Below, piece after piece: positions 11,953-22,759 of a stretch of 64,000 nucleotides of DNA. Origin of the DNA: Mustelus asterias (taxonomy: Eukaryota). The notes under the pieces are model-generated. The model did no database searches and was not told the origin of the DNA. It saw nothing but the letters and a program-made list of their open reading frames with translations. The translations under genes and the position numbers were made by a program. The stretch lies in NCBI RefSeq assembly GCF_964213995.1, contig NW_027590119.1, positions 2,480,001 through 2,544,000 of the forward strand. The letters are read 5' to 3'. Each line of letters begins with the position of its first letter. The stretch's first letter is position 1.

Positions 11953-13130
11953 GTTGATGTCATATACATGGATTTTAGTAAGGCCTTTGATAAGGTCCCC
12001 CATGGTCGGCGTATGATGAAAGTGAGGAGGTGTGGGATAGAGGGAAAGTTGGCCGATTGGATAGGTAACTGGCTGTCTGATCGAAGACAGAGGGTGGTGG
12101 TGGATGGAAAATTTTCGGATTGGAGGCAGGTTGCTAGCGGAGTGCCACAGGGATCAGTGCTTGGTCCTCTGCTCTTTGTGATTTTTATTAATGACTTAGA
12201 GGAGGGGGCTGAAGGGTGGATCAGTAAATTTGCTGATGACACCAAGATTGGTGGAGTAGTGGATGAGGTGGAGGGCTGTTGTAGGCTGCAAAGAGACATA
12301 GATAGGAGGCAAAGCTGGGCTGAAAAATGGCAAATGGAGTTTAACCCTGATAAATATGAGGTGATTCATTTTGGTAGGACTAATTTAAATGTGGATTACA
12401 GGGTCAAAGGTAGGGTTCTGAAGACTGTGGAGGAACAGAGAGATATCGGGGTTCATATCCACAGATCTCTAAAGGTTGCCACTCAAGTGGATAGAGCTGT
12501 GAAGAAGGCCTATAATGTGTTAGCTTTTATTAACAGGGGGTTGGAGTTTAAGAGCCGTGGGGTTATGCTGCAACTGTACAGGACCTTGGTGAGACCACAT
12601 TTGGAATATTGTGTGCAGTTCTGGTCACCTCACTATAAGAAGGATGTGGAAGCGCTGGGAAGAGTGCAGAGGAGATTTACCAGGATGCTGCCTGGTTTGG
12701 AGGGTAGGTCTTATGAGGAAAGGTTGAGGGAGCTAGGGCTGTTCTGTCTGGAGCGGATGAGGCTGAGGGGAGACCTAATAGAGGTTTATAAAATGATGAA
12801 GGGGATAGATAGAGTGAACGTTCAAAGACTATTTCCTCGGGTGGATGGAGCTAATACAAGGGGGCATAACTATAGGGTTCGTGGTGGGAGATACAGGAAG
12901 GATATCAGAGGTAGGTTCTTTACACAGAGAGTGGTTGGGGTGTGGAATGGACTGCCTGCAGTGATAGTGGAGTCAGACACTTTAGGAACATTTAAGCGGT
13001 TATTGGATAAGCGCATGGAGCACACCAGGATGATAGGGAGTGGAATAGCTTGATCTTGGTTTCACATAAAGCTCGGCACAACATCGTGGGCCGAAGGGCC
13101 TGTTCTGTGCTGTACCGTTCTATGTTCTAT
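11953..13130 (+). mobile_element. CR1 LINE 3' portion (open 361-aa RT C-terminal ORF)
   Basis: ORF 11968-13053 with [21 protein letters not shown] and FADDTK; (TTCTATG)n tail. Confidence 0.95.
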
Positions 13131-13335
13131 ATGTCTTCATTACGAATTGAATATATCTGAAATTGAATATCATAGAATTGGAAACATAACTGACCAACAG
13201 AAGGAATCGAGTCAGTGTGTAATGCAGATCGCAATTTTGAGATTGAATATAGTCATATTTTAAACAAAGCCAACTACATTTAAATGGATGAGATTCAAGA
13301 ATTATCTGTTCGTGACACCTGAGCCTATTTAACAG

Positions 13336-13636
13336 CCTAGCTGTTACTAGGGGGCTGTAGCTGTTACTAGGGGGCATAACTATAAGGTTCATGGTAGGAG
13401 ATATAGGAAGGATATCCGAGGTAGACTCTTTACACAGAGAGTGGTTGGGGTGTGGAATGGACTGCCTGCTGTGATAGCGGAGTCGGACACTTCAGGAACT
13501 TTCAAGCGGTTATTGGGTAGGCACATGGAGCACACCAGAATGATAGGGAGTGGGATAGCTTGATCTTGATTTCGGACAAAGCTCGGCACAGCATCGAGGG
13601 CCGAAGGGCCTGTACTGTTCTATGTTCTCTGTTCTA
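13336..13636 (+). mobile_element. Short CR1 3' end (same family as 11953-13130)
   Basis: Similar to 12850-13130; tagctgttactagggggc duplicated at the 5' junction; tatgttct tail. Confidence 0.9.
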
Positions 13637-13896
13637 TTTTATTATGGGCGTGAAACATTCAGACACATAAATCCCGGCCATCTATAGGAAAGTCCAGTAG
13701 ATCCGCACAGAGTCTTGATTTCCTCATTTAGCTGAATGGTTTTTCATATTTCGTTGTTACGAATAATGATTTTTTCAAAATATTTTTTTCTGGGAACCCT
13801 GTTCCATTTCCTCTAGTTCGCTTACAGAATCACTTGTGCCTGCCTTTTTGAGCATACAATACTATTAGACATGTTTCAGATGGTGATTAACTATGT

Positions 13897-14010
13897 TAGT
13901 CGTGTTGCTGGGTGAGTCAGTGTGTCCCAGACTGATAATAATAGTCATGTTGCTGGGCGAGTCTGTGTGTTCCGGATTGATAATAATCGTCATGTCGCTG
14001 GGGAGTCTCT
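13897..14010. repeat. 45-bp tandem repeat (~2.5 copies) at the array/TCR-V junction
   Basis: Unit tagtc(g/a)tgttgctggg(t/c)gagtc(a/t)gtgtgt...tgataataa. Confidence 0.8.
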
Positions 14011-14391
14011 GAGGCTGTTATTCTACATCCCATTTTTAAGTACGAGAGATCCATTCTGTAATTCATTACAGGAACGAGTGCCGTGGAGTCAGGATCCTTG
14101 GACTCGTCTGAGATAAAAGTCTGGAAGAACAGCCTTTAATTTTCTGCTATGTTACCTCCACTTCTGAGTACATCCTTCAGCTGGGTGTTAAATGTTCCGC
14201 GTTAAATTTTACCATATAAACCGCAGAATTTGTTTAGTCCCGAGATTTTCTAAACTCCTTCTTTGTGAATCTCAACAAGAACAGAAAAAAACTGTTAAAT
14301 GGACCTCACTAACTTTTTAAACCCGGGATCAAGCCATGCTCGCAGAAGGAAATTTAGTACATAAGAACATAGAGCTGTAAATACTCGCTGA

Positions 14392-14430
14392 GCTTTTTGA
14401 ACGGGGTTTTAGCTGTAATGTAACGCTGTG
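14392..14430 (-). promoter_or_regulatory. V(D)J recombination signal sequence, 23-bp spacer
   Basis: Minus strand directly after YYCAVR: heptamer CACAGCG (14430-14424), 23-nt spacer TTACATTACAGCTAAAACCCCGT, nonamer TCAAAAAGC (14400-14392); consensus CACAGTG / ACAAAAACC. Confidence 0.9.
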
Positions 14431-14723
14431 CCTCACTGCACAGTAATAGACCGCCCCGTCCTCCACAATGAGGGCGCTGATGTTGAGGTAACCATTCTGG
14501 TTAGACGTGTCAGAAGCCGCCAGATATCGTCCTGAAACTTTATTTTCTTTCAGTACTAATGTTTTGTTAATAATCCATCTTGGTGCCTGTGCCGAATTTT
14601 GCTGATACCATTGCATGTAGTCCATACTCTTCTCTGTATATTTACAATCTAACTGCACCGAATCCCCTTCTGACGCGGCCATTGTCACCGGTGACTGCGT
14701 TACTGGATCTGCACACAGTCCGC
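14431..14723 (-). CDS. TRAV: T-cell receptor alpha/delta-type variable (V) gene segment, V exon
   Basis: Pyrimidine tract and acceptor ttcacag (14730-14724), then phase-1 open exon (G)GLCA-DPVTQSPVTMAASEGDSVQLDC...MQWYQQ...LNISALIVEDGAVYYCAVR; conserved V-set Cys, Trp and DxAVYYC; 23-RSS follows. Leader exon not located; alpha versus delta not resolvable by eye. Confidence 0.88.
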
Positions 14724-15334
14724 CTGTGAAGGTCAGAAAGATCAGAAATATGTCTGACTGAATATCTTTCAGTGAATGAGAATGGACGGAGTCAGAGATT
14801 GTGAAAGAGAGAGTGAACCCAAGCTCTGCTCCGTTGATTGCAGCGTGTGAGTGAGTGCGTGTCAGTTTGTCTGTGTGGGTGTGATTGTGGGGAGGGGAAG
14901 GGGCAGTCTATTGTGACCTCACCACTCTACCATCCATACAGGCTCGAGTGATAATGTCACATGAGATTATGACACCTCACCACTTCCACCCTACCCCCAC
15001 CCCTACCCCCGCGTCCTCCACCTCCCCTCCGCATACCCAAAACCGGGCTTGAATCTGCCTCCCTCTTGTGACAAATGTTGGTGTTGCAAGTTCACATTTG
15101 GCTGTTGAGTCGATTCAGGGTTCACTCCAATATATGACAAGACGGAAATGCTGCCCATGAATTCTGAATTGGTGCTCTGTAAACACTATCTTTGTTACGT
15201 TTCCTATTTATATCGTAAAATGATGCTAAACGTGCGGACATCATTGCCAGAATTCTCTGTTCAAATCCTGGGTATGACCAAGTCGAGAGTACACCAAGAC
15301 TTTGGAAACAGTGCGGAGTTGGAGAAGCCGATTC

Positions 15335-15570
15335 TGTGAGCAGGAGAGACTAGGATCCGAGAGCACAGCCTCAAAGTAAATGGACGACACTTTAGAACAG
15401 AGATTAGGAAGAATTTCTGCTACCAGTAGGTGGTGAATCGTTGTAAATCATTACCACAGAAGACTGTGGAGGTCAGGTGACTGATTAGATAGGTTCGAGT
15501 TTTAAGGGGATCAGAGGATACGGAAAAAAGGCAAGAAAATGAGGTTGAGAAACGTAGCAGCCAGGACTCA
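15335..15570 (+). mobile_element. Degenerate CR1 3' fragment
   Basis: ggagagactaggatccgagagcacagcctcaaag...tttagaacagagattaggaagaatttc matches CR1 3' ends elsewhere in the window. Confidence 0.75.
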
Positions 15571-15974
15571 TAACCTGCGTTACTGTCCTTTTAGTGTGGC
15601 TTTTGTTTGTTGTGTTCAGTAATTTTAGGTATAGCTTATACCATCAGGTAACATATATGTGCTGTACTGAATGATGCATCAACATCAAGATAAACTCACA
15701 TGAAGAAAACATTTTCCATCTCAACTTACCAGAGAACTGCTCCTATTGTTTCCCCATCATCATGTCTAACTTTCTTAAATGATTGCAGTTGCCTGGTTTC
15801 AATCCCAGCCATTGGGAATGCACCTATGGTAAAACACTTTATGCACCTCTCGATGACCCTGCACTACTTGAACCTACAATTAAAATTCTATCAAGTAGAA
15901 AAATTTAAATGATCACATTCCTCGCACATTACAGTCCCTGTTGTTTCCTTAGATTTGCATCTGCGTGCAATGTA

Positions 15975-16200
15975 CAAATTACTTACAATGTACTCTATTG
16001 TAACTTACAATGGACTCGATTGTTACATACAATGGACTCTATGGTAACTTACAATAGAGTCCACTGTGAGTTACAATGGAGTCCATTGTCAGTTACCATA
16101 GAGTACATTGTAAGTTACCATAGAGTACATGGTAAGTTACAACAGAGTCCATAGTAAGTTACCAAATAGTCCATTATAAGTTACAATAGAGTCCATTGTG
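15975..16200. repeat. 22-bp minisatellite with an internal strand switch
   Basis: About 3 copies of aatggactctattgtaacttac followed by about 7 copies of its reverse complement gtaagttacaatagagtccatt. Confidence 0.85.
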
Positions 16201-17377
16201 GATACTCGCAATGCATTCTCGCTGGTTGTTATTGAGCTTTGTTGTTTGTGCTATTGTGTTAAAAATGACATGTTTATTATTGATACTCTGTTATATTGTG
16301 TGTTTTCTCTATAATTTATTAATGTGGTTTGATATTGTATTCTGGCTTGTAATTTGAAAGTGTAATGTATATTGTCTTTGTAAGCTCTTTGATAAATAAA
16401 AATATTGACTCTCACTGATGGCTTTTGGAAATACGTTTTACATGGGATTAGAAGGGGAGCATTTAGACGCACAGAACTCACACCAAGAGATATGTATCTT
16501 CTCAATTTATATCCTGCTCTGACGATGTTGACTTCTTTTGTTTTTACAGGCTATTAGAAGATCAACATTAAAAACCAAACCAAACATCAGATTGGAACCT
16601 GACGGATTCACTCAATTCATCAGAACCCGAATGTAAGTGTGTCATGAAGGGATGCGAAATTAAGAATGCAAATTTTAAGTTGATTTGCTCTTTACCCAGA
16701 ACCTGTGTAGGTCAGTGAGTAGAGGAATTTAGATAGCTACAAATTTACCATGGGTTGAATGTGGGAGGCTGGTCAGTCAAGTCTCAAGGAAATAAAGGAA
16801 CAAATGAAAGTTTCAGGAACAGGAGCTGAGGCAGCGTCATGTTGAGTGATGTTACTAGGATTCGTTCGGAACAGGAATGGAGTTAATTAAAACCACATTG
16901 ATTTTTCCTCTCGCCAGCTCTCCGTGAACTGAAATAAGTTTTTTGGTTTCACTACTCCTGTATAAGTGGGGGCATATTTCCCAACCCCTTGAGGCAGGGT
17001 GAACTCAAATGGTTTGTTTATTTACATTCATTTAATGAAAATGCAACAAGAGGGTCTCAGCATTGACCTTTTGTATTCATACAGAAATGTTGGTCAGAGA
17101 AAGGAAAGACTTACAGAGCAGAGATCACAGAAAACAATTGTGTTGCACATGGTTCCACAATCCAGAATTACAACGCCTCTTCAGGGATGATGAAGTGTGT
17201 GTTTCCATGCTCCAACCAGATATTTCCCTTTGTTCAGAAATCACAGACAGACATAATTTCAGGATTTTAAAAAGGTCTGTATCCAGTTTTGAAGGTGTTA
17301 CCAATATCCGTTACCAATATCAATTGTATTTTATGGTGTGAGGTCTCAGTCCCGTCACCAGTGGAAATCCATTCTTG

Positions 17378-17700
17378 GAGATGGCACAGATGTGTGGTTG
17401 GAAGGGCATCTTGGGGTGAGACTCAGGACAATGCTCTGAAAACGCAGGTTCAAATCCCGCCACGGCTTGTGGTGGAATTTGAAGTTAATATCAGTCTGAA
17501 ATTTAAAGTCTAATGATGAGAAAGATTAAATATTGATATTATTGATAAAAACCCATCTGGTTGACTAATGCGGCTGAGGAAAAAAATATCTGCTGTCCTC
17601 ACCTGGTCTGGCCGACATGCATCACCAGATCTGCAGCAATCTAGTTGAAGCTGAAACCACCTCTGATGTTTCAAACTGCTGCAAAGTTACTAACAAGGTA
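17378..17700 (+). mobile_element. Deu-domain/SacSINE1-like SINE
   Basis: tRNA-like head (ggttcaaatccc) then gtggtggaatttgaa...aaaacccatctggtt-actaatg...ctgctgtcctcacctggtctggcc; antisense copy at 31340-31680. Confidence 0.6.
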
Positions 17701-18365
17701 GTAAGAACAAAGCATCATAAGAACTAGGAGCAGGAGTAGGTCATCTGGCCTCTCGAGCCTGTATACCCTCCAAAGTCAGATTTAGAAAAAAATATTTCAC
17801 CATTAGTGTGAACATTCTGATTCAGCCTCAGACAGTTGCCAGGGAGTGAGCTGATGTTGGTGGAGTTTGGAGCGCAAACTGAAGACAATGGCTTCATGTT
17901 TCTCACTGTTTAAATGCAGGAAGTTTATCTTAATCCAGGACTAGATATCAGTCCAGTTAGAATAGTTTCTGACTTGGAGGTGATGATGTTCACATACACA
18001 TGCACACCTGGTCGTTCTACGTGGGGGCTGTTGAGGGTTTCAGACATTCTATCTGGTTGTACGTACATAAAACTCCTCTCTGTCATCTCTTCTCCTCCCA
18101 CCTCTCTTCACCCACCCACTTGCTCCATCCTCCCATCGAAGTCCCGGTCGTGTGTAGGTTCAGACCGGGTGACAGGTTTCCTTCTCTGAAGGACATTAGT
18201 GACCCATGTGTGCTTGTACAACAATCCAGCAGCTTTCATGCCAATTGTTTCCTCGTGCCGGCCCAAAAATAACCAGATTCATTCTGCTCAATTCCACAAC
18301 CCGCCTTTTTGTTTTTGTGGGTTCTCTCTCACATCTTTTTCTTCTGTTTCCAATCAATTTCACAG

Positions 18366-18997
18366 GGTATCAGGAGGGGAGGACTTGCAGTCGGGAAACT
18401 GAAACCCAGCATCACATCAGGATCTGACAGAGCCACTCACTTTATCATAACCTGAATATCATTGGATTTTGAACATGGAAGGTAAGCACCGTTCACAGTG
18501 GGGAGAAACCGTACACGTTTTGTGTGTGTGGAGGAAGATTCAGCCAATTATCTGACCATTCAGAACATAAACACAACCACAACTTGTCGAAACCATGGAA
18601 TCGTGAGGATTGTGGGAAGGGATTCAATGTCTATTGGTGCTAGGAATTCATCGACAGTGCCACACTGGAGAGAGACGATGCACCGAGTCCCAGTGTGGGA
18701 AGGAATTCACTGAGTCAGTCCACACACTGACAAACTAGTGAGTTCACACCGGGGAGAGGCCATATACCTGTTCCAAAGGTGGGAAGGGATTCAGTCAGTT
18801 ATCCAACTTCGTGATACAACACAAGTCACTCTGGAGAGAAACCATTCACCTGCTCTAAGTGTGGGAAGGGATACATTCAGTAATCTGACTTACTGAGACA
18901 CCAGCAAGTTCACACTGGAGAGAGGCCGTTCTCCTGCTCGGTGTTTGGGATGAGTTTCAGTGATTCCTCCACCCTGCTGACACACCAGAACGTTCAC
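18366..18997 (+). pseudogene. C2H2 zinc-finger array pseudogene (gastrula zinc finger XlCGF-like)
   Basis: Acceptor ttcacag at 18365, ATG at 18475, about 6 degenerate fingers with HSGEKPY/HTGERPY/HTGERPF linkers and CGKGF motifs; in-frame stops, frameshifts and lost Cys residues. Confidence 0.88.
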
Positions 18998-19813
18998 GAG
19001 GATTTCCCCGTTCATCACATCCAGGACTGAACCTTGTTCATTGGGATCTGATTCTGCTGATCCTGACTGGTGACCTGCCACAAATATCCTGCCTCAAAAT
19101 CAAATAAGTCAGCTTCATGTTGAGTCTGGATGTTATCTCTAACACAATTAGTTCATTTTGAAGGGCTCTGCGGCTCCCCGGTCTCCCCCATCCTCTCCTC
19201 CAGCAACAAGTGTGAGGAGCTGATCGAGATTCTTTATCACTAAGATCTAGACAATCCCATCAGCTGTCACAACTGCTTCCTTCCCTTCCACAAGCCCAAA
19301 GGGATAGTATGTCTGGAAATATCCCATTTATCTGAAGCCACATCTACCTCCAGTTCCTCTCCTATCTCCCCTCCCCCCTCTCAGTTCACCTTGTCCATGA
19401 GACACTTCACTTGCTCCATTGACTCTATTGTCTTTAATCTGTTGAACACCCAACCTCCCCATGTCCACTGATATTGTTGACAGTTCTCTCTCCTGAATTA
19501 CTGTCCCTCTCATACACAAATCTACATTCATCATCCCATCCCCAAAACTAAAATTGTTACCCCATCATCCTTGCAAACTACTGGCCTATCTCCACCATCA
19601 GTGTCATGTGCACACTGTTCAAGATGCAGTACCCACGCAAAGAATGACAGTCTCAGAGAGGGGGCGAGGCTGGAGGACCGAGCGGGAGCGGGTGGGATGT
19701 GTCTGGGGACAGGATGTCCCAATTCCCCACCCTGGGATTCTCAGTGTGGACAGGGTGGGATGTGTTTGGGGACAGGATGTCCCAGTTCCCCACCCTGGGA
19801 TTCTCAGTGTGAA

Positions 19814-19946
19814 CACAGTAAGAAGTCTCACAACACCAGGTTAAAGTCCAACAGGTTTATTTGTTTAATAAACCTGTTGGACTTTAACCTGGTGTTGTGA
19901 GACTTCTGACTGTGTTCACCCCAGTCCAACGCCGGCATCTCCACGT
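19814..19946. mobile_element. Penelope-like terminal hairpin fragment
   Basis: Near-perfect inverted repeat agaagtctcacaacaccaggttaaagtccaacaggtttat / ataaacctgttggactttaacctggtgttgtgagacttct. Confidence 0.75.
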
Positions 19947-20283
19947 CATTCTCAGTGTGAACAGGGTGGGATGTGTTTGGAGACAGGAAGTCCCAGTTCC
20001 CCACCCTGGGATTCTCAGTGTGAACAGGGTGGGATGTGTTTGGAGACAGGAAGTCCCAGTTCCCCACCCTGGGATTCACAGTGTGGACAGGGTGGGATAT
20101 GTTTGGGGACAGGATGTCCCAGTTCCCCAACATGGGATTCTCAGTATGAAATGTCTGGGATGTGTTTGGGACAGGATGTCCCAGTTTCCGCCCCCCCCCC
20201 ACCCTCCCCCCACCCCCAGGATTCTCAGTGTGAACTGGGTGGGAAGTGTTTGGGGGCAGGATGTCCCAGTTCCCCACCCTGGG

Positions 20284-20550
20284 ATCTCTTTAACCTGTGC
20301 TTAACGCTCTCTCCACTCACATTGTCTGTACATTTAAGACTTGATTACGTATAAAGACTCGCATTCCAACCATTATTTTAGAAATTGAATTTGTGCCTTT
20401 ATATGCCCTGTTTGTGAACAGAACTCCCACTGACCTGACGAAGGAGCAGCGCTTCGAAAGCTAGTGGCTTTTGCTACCTGTTGGAATTTAACCTGGTGTT
20501 GTGAGACTTCTTACTGTGTTTACGCCCGTCCAGCGCCGGCATCTCCACAT
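20284..20550 (+). mobile_element. Penelope-like element 3' fragment
   Basis: Homologous to 21840-22100 and 28000-28230; includes ctgacga-aggagcagcgcttc-gaaagctag. Confidence 0.8.
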
Positions 20551-21178
20551 CATTCTCAGTGTGAACATTGTGGGATGTGTTTTGGGACACGAAGTCCCAG
20601 TTCCCCAGCCTGGGTTTCTCAGTGTGAACAGGGTGGGATGTGTTTGGGGACAGGATGTTCCAGTTCTCCACCTTTAAATGGACAGGTAGAGGAGCACTGG
20701 GCTGAATGACACTGCTTACTGACAACACTGCCGTGCCTGGTAACCATCCTCTCTGCTCAGTTTGTATTTCTGAATCAGGTTTTAAAGGTGCCGAGACTGG
20801 AATCTTGAACCTGCTATTTAATAAAAGGTGTTCACCAGAATCTTCCATCTCTTTGTTATTTTGCAACTTAAAAGCCTTCACTATTTAGCCTTTATTTAAA
20901 CACTTTTGATTGATAAAATTCATGATCTGAAACATTTCTGTAACAAATGTTATCTGATATTTTCCTGCAGCATTACATGTGTAAATGTTTCCAGTTTGTA
21001 TAATGTTTAAACACAAGGTTTGCAGTGCGTATTGAAGCAGGGACTTTCTCCTGTAAAGTTGCAGTGATAATGAGTGTCCTGGGGAAATGAGTGTGCATCC
21101 CCCAGCCCCGGACACAGGGGAACTGACCATCCAGCTCCAGCTCTGATTCCCCAACACTACATGCTGCCAATAATCAGC

Positions 21179-22100
21179 AATTTGGAGATGCCGGCGTTGG
21201 ACTGGGGTAAACATAGTCCGAAATTTAACAACACCAGGTGAAAGTCCAACAGGTTTATTTGGTAGCAAATGCCACTAGCTTTCGGAGCACTGCCCCTTTA
21301 TCAGGTGGAATGGAGATCTGCTCACAAACAGGGCATACAGAGACAAAAACTCAATTTACAGAATAATGATTGCAATGGAGTCTTTATTGATAATCAAGTC
21401 TTAAAGATACAAACAATGCGAGTGGAGAGAGCATTAAGCACAGGGGAAAGAGATATTTATTGTCTCCAGACAGGGCAGCCAGTGAGATTCTGCAAATCCA
21501 GGCAAGCTGTGGGGGTTACAGATAGTGTGACATGAAGCCAAGATTCCGGTAGACGCCACCCTCATGTGTGCGGAACTGAGCTATCAGTTTCTGCTCAGCG
21601 ACTCTGCACTATCGTGTGTCGTGAAGGCCGTGGTCACGGGCATTCGGTCTCTCATCTTCGCATAAGCGTTCTCCAAGGCGGCCTTGAAGACACACGACAG
21701 CTCAGAAACTGATAGCCAAGTTCGGCACACATGAGGACGGCCGCAACCAGGATCTTGGGTTATGGCACACTATCTGTAACTCCCACAGCTTGCCTGGACT
21801 TGCAGAATCTAACTGGCTGTCCTGTCTGGAGACAATACACATCTCTTTAAGCTGTGCTTCACGCTCTCTCCACTCACATTGTCTGTACCTGTGAGACTTG
21901 ATTATCTGTCAAGACTCACATTCCAACCATTATTCTGTAAATTGAGTTTGTGTCTCTGTAAGCCCTGTTTGTGAGCAGATCTCCACTCCGCCTGACGAAG
22001 GGGCAGCGCTGCCTGACGAAGGGGCAGCGCTCCGAAAGCGATTGGCATTTGCTACCAAATAAACCTGTTGGAATTTAACCTGGTGTTGTTAAACTTCATA
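21179..22100. mobile_element. Penelope-like element, inverted (fold-back) structure with GIY-YIG endonuclease C-terminal remnant
   Basis: ~400-bp inverted arms; minus strand 21630-21516 reads GLHDTR*CRVAEQKLIAQFRTHEGGVYRNLGFMSHYL*, similar to the PLE endonuclease C-terminus (T...GLN..); TSD caataat(c/t)agc at 21168-21178 and 22101-22111. Confidence 0.85.
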
Positions 22101-22109
22101 CAATAATTA

Positions 22110-22600
22110 GCGAATCAGCCTGTGGCTCTGGCCACGCCCACCATCTGACACCATCACAATGCCCGGCTGATTGACGGCAGCTCCGGACCAATAGGAGCTG
22201 GAGGACCGAGCGGGAGCGACTGGTCCTCCAAACAATCGGAGTGAATGAGGGGTGGGAGTTGACCATGCGCAGTGTGAGGAATGGCGATGAGGTGACGGTG
22301 ATCTGATTTCCAATCGATGAGTGAATTGAATGGCGGCTCCGGGGCAGCGATGGATCCGGCGGGTGGGCGGAGAGGATTCATAACGCGGTGATGTAAAGCG
22401 GAAATTCAGAAAATGAAATCCCCAGTTCCCCGTTTGTACTCAGCGGAGCCCAGTATTGTTCACCGTTTCTGCCCCGAGGTCACGGCCGCCATGTTTCCAG
22501 TGGAGCTTTGCGCCTGCGCCGCCGCCATCTTTCTGAGGGGCAATGTGAGGAGAGCGCATGGCCAGTGCCATCTTTGTCTAGGTTTGACCAAAGGGCCGAG
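22110..22600. promoter_or_regulatory. CpG-rich housekeeping-type promoter-like region
   Basis: YY1 motifs CCGCCATGTT (22486-22495), GCCGCCATCTT (22521-22531) and GCCATCTT (~22567); NRF1-like TGCGCCTGCGC (22509-22519); CCAAT boxes; GC box; ETS-like CGGAAA. Confidence 0.55.
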
Positions 22601-22759
22601 GTTAAAGATGAGGAGTGTTTCAGAGGGGATGTGAGCAAAGAATGTTGAGCAGACTATATTAAAAATCTGGACGTCGCTGCCTGAATGGGTGCTGGAGGCA
22701 GGGACTCTCTCATTTAAGAAGCATTTGGACAAACACGTCAATACACAAGGTATATTTGA

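Larger units (their letters stand above)
510..13900 (-). repeat. Tandem array of ~1.08-kb tRNA-Val-containing units (about 9 units, interrupted by TEs)
   Basis: Recurring blocks (ttccctcaccc, caatgttcaactccactgt, ggaaatgtgcgccatttc, gggtaatac) spaced ~1.05-1.09 kb once insertions are subtracted; each unit has a tRNA-Val-like 72-mer except the unit near 10500. Confidence 0.92.
19690..20680. repeat. 63-bp minisatellite interrupted by Penelope-like fragments
   Basis: Unit tcagtgtgaacagggtgggatgtgtttggggacaggatgtcccagttccccaccctgggattc; period 63 (19741 to 19804, 19952 to 20015). Confidence 0.9.

Noticed and set aside
14431-14723. NAR-TCR supporting TCR-delta V (leaderless) or IgNAR V
   Set aside because: No extra CDR1 cysteine, the exon keeps a normal leader tail (GGLCA), and no NAR V-D-J cassette is visible upstream.
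15730-15763. Candidate leader exon for the TCR V (ATG...TCTG|GTAAGT, minus strand)
   Set aside because: The phase-1 frame contains TAG and is not hydrophobic; other nearby donors also give no signal peptide.
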